Both the position numbers and the translations under genes were made by a program. This document shows, one piece after another, positions 58,912 through 64,000 of a stretch of DNA of 64,000 nucleotides. Under the pieces are notes generated by a model, which did not search any database, had not been told where the DNA came from, and was given only the letters and a program-made list of their open reading frames with translations. Every line of letters starts with the position of its first letter. The stretch's first letter is position 1. Where the stretch lies: the IMG/VR virus record IMGVR_UViG_2684623171_000009; one strand, 5' to 3'. This DNA is from a virus (Duplodnaviria; Heunggongvirae; Uroviricota; Caudoviricetes).

Positions 58912-60211
58912 TCTCCCGCATATTGCCAGCATGGCTTTTAATGAGCCGCTGATGCTTGAACCCGCCTATGCGCGGGTTTTCTTTTGTGCGCTTGCAGGCC
59001 AGCTTGGGATCAGCCGCCTGACGGATGCAGTATCCGGCGACAGCCTGACTGCCGGAGAGGCACCCGCGGCGCTGGCGTTATCCGGTGATGATGACGGACC
59101 ACGACAGGCCCGGAGTTATCAGGTCATGAACGGCATCGCCGTGCTGCCGGTGTCCGGTACGCTGGTCAGCCGGACGCGGGCGCTGCAGCCGTATTCGGGA
59201 ATGACCGGTTACAACGGCATTATCGCCCGTCTGCAACAGGCTGCCAGCGATCCGATGGTGGACGGCATTCTGCTCGATATGGACACACCGGGCGGGATGG
59301 TGGCGGGAGCATTTGACTGTGCTGACATCATCGCCCGTGTGCGAGACATAAAACCGGTATGGGCGCTGGCCAACGACATGAACTGCAGTGCAGGTCAGCT
59401 GCTTGCCAGCGCCGCCTCCCGGCGTCTGGTCACGCAGACCGCCCGGACAGGCTCCATCGGCGTCATGATGGCTCACAGTAATTACGGTGCTGCCCTGGAG
59501 AAACAGGGCGTGGAAATCACGCTGATTTACAGCGGCAGCCATAAGGTGGATGGCAACCCCTACAGCCATCTACCGGGTGATGTCCGGGAAACACTGCAGT
59601 CCCGGATGGATGCAACCCGCCGGATGTTTGCGCAGAAGGTGTCGGCATATACCGGCCTGTCCGTGCAGGCTGTGCTGGATACCGAGGCTGCAGTGTACAG
59701 CGGTCAGGAGGCCATTGATGCCGGACTGGCTGATGAACTTGTCAACAGCACCGATGCGATCACCGTTATGCGTGATGCACTGGATGCACGTAAATCCCGT
59801 CTCTCAGGAGGGCGAATGACCAAAGAGACTCAATCAACAACTGTTTCAGCCACTGCTTCGCAGGCTGACGTTACTGGCGTGGTGCCAGCGACGGAGGGCG
59901 AAAACGCCAGCGCGGCGCAGCCGGACGTGAACGCGCAGATCACCGCTGCGGTTGCGGCAGAAAACAGCCGCATTATGGGGATCCTCAACTGTGAGGAGGC
60001 TCACGGACGCGAAGAACAGGCCCGCGTGCTGGCAGAAACCCCCGGTATGACCGTGGAAACGGCCCGCCGCATTCTGGCCGCAGCACCACAGAGTGCACAG
60101 GCGCGCAGTGATACTGCGCTGGATCGTCTGATGCAGGGGGCACCGGCACCGCTGGCTGCAGGTAACCCGGCATCTGATGCCGTTAACGATTTGCTGAACA
60201 CACCAGTGTAA
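58892..60211 (+). CDS. C: Head protease / minor capsid protein C (with in-frame Nu3 scaffold region)
   Basis: GTG start after AGGAGGAG; 439 aa matching lambda gpC. Confidence 0.85.
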
Positions 60212-60220
60212 GGGATGTTT

Positions 60221-60553
60221 ATGACGAGCAAAGAAACCTTTACCCATTACCAGCCGCTGGGCAACAGTGACCCGGCTCATACCGCAACCGCGCCCGGCGG
60301 ATTGAGTGCGAAAGCGCCTGCAATGACCCCGCTGATGCTGGACACCTCCAGCCGTAAGCTGGTTGCGTGGGATGGCACCACCGACGGTGCTGCCGTTGGC
60401 ATTCTTGCGGTTGCTGCTGACCAGACCAGCACCACGCTGACGTTCTACAAGTCCGGCACGTTCCGTTATGAGGATGTGCTCTGGCCGGAGGCTGCCAGCG
60501 ACGAGACGAAAAAACGGACCGCGTTTGCCGGAACGGCAATCAGCATCGTTTAA
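60221..60553 (+). CDS. D: Head decoration protein D
   Basis: 110 aa matching lambda gpD. Confidence 0.9.
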   Translation: MTSKETFTHYQPLGNSDPAHTATAPGGLSAKAPAMTPLMLDTSSRKLVAWDGTTDGAAVGILAVAADQTSTTLTFYKSGTFRYEDVLWPEAASDETKKRTAFAGTAISIV

Positions 60554-60608
60554 CCTGACCCTTCATCACTAAAGGCCGCCTGTGCGGCTTTTTTTACGGG
60601 ATTTTTTT

Positions 60609-61634
60609 ATGTCGATGTACACAACCGCCCAACTGCTGGCGGCAAATGAGCAGAAATTTAAGTTTGATCCGCTGTTTCTGCGTCTCTTTTTCCGTGAGAG
60701 CTATCCCTTCACCACGGAGAAAGTCTATCTCTCACAAATTCCGGGACTGGTAAACATGGCGCTGTACGTTTCGCCGATTGTTTCTGGTGAGGTTATCCGT
60801 TCCCGTGGCGGCTCCACCTCTGAATTTACGCCGGGATATGTCAAGCCGAAGCATGAAGTGAATCCGCAGATGACCCTGCGTCGCCTGCCGGATGAAGATC
60901 CGCAGAATCTGGCGGACCCGGCTTACCGCCGCCGTCGCATCATCATGCAGAACATGCGTGACGAAGAGCTGGCCATTGCTCAGGTCGAAGAGATGCAGGC
61001 AGTTTCTGCCGTGCTCAAGGGCAAATACACCATGACCGGTGAAGCCTTCGATCCGGTTGAGGTGGATATGGGCCGCAGTGCGGCGAACAACATCACGCAG
61101 TCCGGCGGCACGGAGTGGAGCAAGCGTGACAAGTCCACGTATGACCCGACCGACGATATCGAAGCCTACGCGCTGAACGCCAGCGGCGTGGTGAATATCA
61201 TCGTGTTTGACCCGAAAGGCTGGGCGCTGTTCCGTTCCTTCAAAGCCGTCAGGGAGAAGCTGGATACCCGTCGCGGCTCTCATTCCGAACTGGAGACAGC
61301 GGTAAAAGACCTGGGCAAAGCGGTGTCTTATAAGGGAATGTATGGCGATGTGGCCATCGTCGTGTATTCCGGACAGTACGTGGAAAACGGCGTCAAAAAG
61401 AACTTCCTGCCGGACAACACGATGGTGCTGGGGAACACTCAGGCACGCGGTCTGCGCACCTATGGCTGCATTCAGGATGCGGACGCACAGCGCGAAGGCA
61501 TTAACGCCTCTGCCCGTTACCCGAAAAACTGGGTGACCACCGGCGATCCGGCGCGTGAGTTCACCATGATTCAGTCAGCACCGCTGATGCTGCTGGCTGA
61601 CCCTGATGAGTTCGTGTCCGTACAACTGGCGTAA
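60609..61634 (+). CDS. E: Major capsid protein E
   Basis: 341 aa matching lambda gpE. Confidence 0.9.
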   Translation: MSMYTTAQLLAANEQKFKFDPLFLRLFFRESYPFTTEKVYLSQIPGLVNMALYVSPIVSGEVIRSRGGSTSEFTPGYVKPKHEVNPQMTLRRLPDEDPQNLADPAYRRRRIIMQNMRDEELAIAQVEEMQAVSAVLKGKYTMTGEAFDPVEVDMGRSAANNITQSGGTEWSKRDKSTYDPTDDIEAYALNASGVVNIIVFDPKGWALFRSFKAVREKLDTRRGSHSELETAVKDLGKAVSYKGMYGDVAIVVYSGQYVENGVKKNFLPDNTMVLGNTQARGLRTYGCIQDADAQREGINASARYPKNWVTTGDPAREFTMIQSAPLMLLADPDEFVSVQLA

Positions 61635-61675
61635 TCATGGCCCTTCGGGGCCATTGTTTTTCTGTGGAGGAGTCC

Positions 61676-62074
61676 ATGACGAAAGATGAACTGATTGCCC
61701 GTCTCCGCTCGCTGGGTGAACAACTGAACCGTGATGTCAGCCTGACGGGGACGAAAGAAGAACTGGCGCTCCGTGTGGCAGAGCTGGAAGAGGAGCTTGA
61801 TGACACGGATGAAACTGCCGGTCAGGACACCCCTCTCAGCCGGGAAAATGTGCTGACCGGACATGAAAATGAGGTGGGATCAGCGCAGCCGGATACCGTG
61901 ATTCTGGATACGTCTGAACTGGTCACGGTCGTGGCACTGGTGAAGCTGCATACTGATGCACTTCACGTCACGCGGGATGAACCTGTGGCATTTGTGCTGC
62001 CGGGAACGGCGTTTCGTGTCTCTGCCGGTGTGGCAGCCGAAATGACAGAGCGCGGCCTGGCCAGAATGCAATAA
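61676..62074 (+). CDS. FI: DNA-packaging protein FI
   Basis: 132 aa matching lambda gpFI. Confidence 0.85.
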   Translation: MTKDELIARLRSLGEQLNRDVSLTGTKEELALRVAELEEELDDTDETAGQDTPLSRENVLTGHENEVGSAQPDTVILDTSELVTVVALVKLHTDALHVTRDEPVAFVLPGTAFRVSAGVAAEMTERGLARMQ

Positions 62075-62085
62075 CGGGAGGCGCT

Positions 62086-62439
62086 GTGGCTGATTTCGAT
62101 AACCTGTTCGATGCTGCCATTGCCCGCGCCGATGAAACGATACGCGGGTACATGGGAACGTCAGCCACCATGACATCCGGTGAGCGGTCCGGCGCAGTAA
62201 TACGTGGTGTTTTTGATGACCCTGAAAATATCAGCTATGCCGGACAGGGCGTGCGCGTTGAAGGCTCCAGCCCGTCCCTGTTTGTCCGGACTGATGATGT
62301 GCGGCAACTGCGGCGTGGTGACACGCTGACCATTAACGGCGAGATGTTCTGGGTGGACCGTGTTTCTCCGGATGACGGAGGGAGTTGTTATCTCTGGCTC
62401 AACCGTGGGCAACCACCGGCAGTTAACCGGCGACGATAA
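62086..62439 (+). CDS. FII: Head-tail joining protein FII
   Basis: 117 aa matching lambda gpFII. Confidence 0.85.
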   Translation: MADFDNLFDAAIARADETIRGYMGTSATMTSGERSGAVIRGVFDDPENISYAGQGVRVEGSSPSLFVRTDDVRQLRRGDTLTINGEMFWVDRVSPDDGGSCYLWLNRGQPPAVNRRR

Positions 62440-62453
62440 ACGCAGGGTGAATT

Positions 62454-62987
62454 ATGGCGATAAAAGGGCTTGATCAGGCGATTGAAAATCTGAGCCGGGT
62501 TCGTAAAAACGCCATTCCGGCGGCTTCAGCAATGGCCATTAACCGCGTGGCCACAACGGCGATTAATCAGTCTTCATCACAGGTTGCCCGGGAGACAAAG
62601 GTACGCCGGAAACTGGTAAAGGAACGGTCCAGACTGAAACGGGCCACGGTCAGAAATCCGAATGCCAGAATTATCGTTAAACGCGGTGATCTCCCTGTGA
62701 TTAAGCTGGGGATCAGGATGCTGGGCCGTCGTCCGGACAGCATACTTAAAGCTGGTCAGCATCGGTATCAGCGGGCATTTATCCAGCGATTAAAAAATGG
62801 TCGCTGGCATGTCATGCAGCGTGTGGCCGGGAAAAACCGTTACCCCATTGATGTGGTGAAAATCCCGATGGCGGCCCCACTGAAACAGGCGTTTGATGAG
62901 AATATTGACCGTATCCGGCGTGAACGTCTGCCCGGAGAACTGGCATACGCGCTGAAACAACAACTTAGGATTGCGATAAAACGATGA
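62454..62987 (+). CDS. Z: Tail-completion protein Z (with an internal deletion relative to lambda)
   Basis: N- and C-terminal regions match lambda gpZ; central segment shorter. Confidence 0.8.
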   Translation: MAIKGLDQAIENLSRVRKNAIPAASAMAINRVATTAINQSSSQVARETKVRRKLVKERSRLKRATVRNPNARIIVKRGDLPVIKLGIRMLGRRPDSILKAGQHRYQRAFIQRLKNGRWHVMQRVAGKNRYPIDVVKIPMAAPLKQAFDENIDRIRRERLPGELAYALKQQLRIAIKR

Positions 62988-63379
62988 AACATACTGATAT
63001 CCGTGCGGCAGTGCTGGATGCACTGGAGCTGCATGAACACGGGGCGACGCTGTTTGATGGTCGCCCCGTTGTTTTTGACGAAGAGGATTTTCCGGCCGTC
63101 GCGGTTTATCTGACGGATGCAGAGTATACCGGTGAAGAGCTGGATGCAGATACCTGGCGGGCCACACTGCATATTGAGGTGTTTTTACCGGCACAGGTAC
63201 CGGATTCGGAGCTTGATCAGTGGATGGAAAGCCGGATTTATCCGGCGGTGACTGCGATCCCGGCACTGGCAGACCTGATTACGACGATGGTTACGCAGGG
63301 CTATGAGTATCGTCGTGATGACGATATGGCGTTATGGAGTTCTGCGGATCTGACTTATTCCATTACATACGAGATGTGA
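62984..63379 (+). CDS. U: Tail terminator protein U
   Basis: 131 aa matching lambda gpU. Confidence 0.85.
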   Translation: MKHTDIRAAVLDALELHEHGATLFDGRPVVFDEEDFPAVAVYLTDAEYTGEELDADTWRATLHIEVFLPAQVPDSELDQWMESRIYPAVTAIPALADLITTMVTQGYEYRRDDDMALWSSADLTYSITYEM

Positions 63380-63386
63380 GGACGAT

Positions 63387-64000
63387 ATGGCAACACCAAA
63401 TCCCCTTGAGCCGGTAAAAGGTGCCGGTACCACTCTGTGGGTTTACAACGGCAAGGGTGATGCTTATGCAAACCCGTTGTCAGACGATGACTGGCAGCGA
63501 CTGGCTAAGGTGAAGGATCTGACGCCGGGCGAGATGACGGCAGAACCCTACGATGATAACTACCTGGATGATGAAGACGCGGACTGGACCGCGACCGGGC
63601 AGGGGCAGAAGTCTGCAGGAGATACCAGTTTTACGCTGGCCTGGAAACCGGGAGAAGAAGGTCAGAAAGGGCTTATAGGCTGGTTTGAAAGCGGGGATGT
63701 GCGGGCCTATAAAATCCGTTTCCCAAATGGCACGGTGGATGTGTTCCGTGGCTGGGTCAGCAGTATCGGTAAGGCCGTGACGGCGAAAGAAGTGATCACC
63801 CGCACGGTGAAAGTCACTAACGTGGGCAAACCTTCCGTGGCGGAAGAACGCAGCGAAATTACGCCGGCCACTGCAATTAAGGTGACACCGACATCCGGTA
63901 CGGTGGCAAAAGGGAAAACAACCACCCTGACTGTTTCTTTTGAGCCGGAAAGTGCAACCGACAAGACGTTCAGAGCGGTTTCCGCCGATCCGTCGAAAGC
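63387..64000 (+). CDS. V: Major tail protein V (3' end beyond the window)
   Basis: [33 protein letters not shown]... matches lambda gpV; no stop before the window end. Confidence 0.85.
   Translation, partial: MATPNPLEPVKGAGTTLWVYNGKGDAYANPLSDDDWQRLAKVKDLTPGEMTAEPYDDNYLDDEDADWTATGQGQKSAGDTSFTLAWKPGEEGQKGLIGWFESGDVRAYKIRFPNGTVDVFRGWVSSIGKAVTAKEVITRTVKVTNVGKPSVAEERSEITPATAIKVTPTSGTVAKGKTTTLTVSFEPESATDKTFRAVSADPSK

Overview
This window reads as an Escherichia coli-type chromosomal segment made of two adjacent, partly degraded lambdoid prophages; all calls rest on reading the six-frame track and recalled motifs and protein sequences, and no database search was run. Prophage A (about 1-31.5 kb) starts at a truncated rspA-like gene and an integrase remnant, then carries a Qin/Rac-like early region (DEDDh-exonuclease protein, ydfD, dicB, DicF sRNA, a three-gene ParE-type toxin-antitoxin module of the paaR2-paaA2-parE2 kind, YdaS/YdaT-like regulators, replication genes with iterons, hok, ydfU, rusA, Q). 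Its late region has three tRNA genes, a TerB-like protein, a NanS-p-type sialate O-acetylesterase and a lysis cassette interrupted by an intact IS66-family element, followed by an HK97-like head module that ends in IS remnants. Prophage B (about 32.4-64 kb) has an integrase C-terminal fragment, a truncated RecE-like gene, second dicB/DicF copies, a CI (S24) repressor, O/P-like replication genes, hok, a YgiW/YdeI-family protein, ydfU, a truncated rusA, an AraC-family regulator, a near-identical copy of the late region, a PerC-like regulator, a lambda-type cos site and lambda head genes Nu1 to V (V runs off the window). The best candidate for an undescribed system is a convergent two-gene cassette (212-aa and 69-aa proteins, no motif I recognise) downstream of the prophage B repressor, in the slot where prophage A carries its toxin-antitoxin module. 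No CRISPR array, rRNA or Shiga toxin genes were seen.
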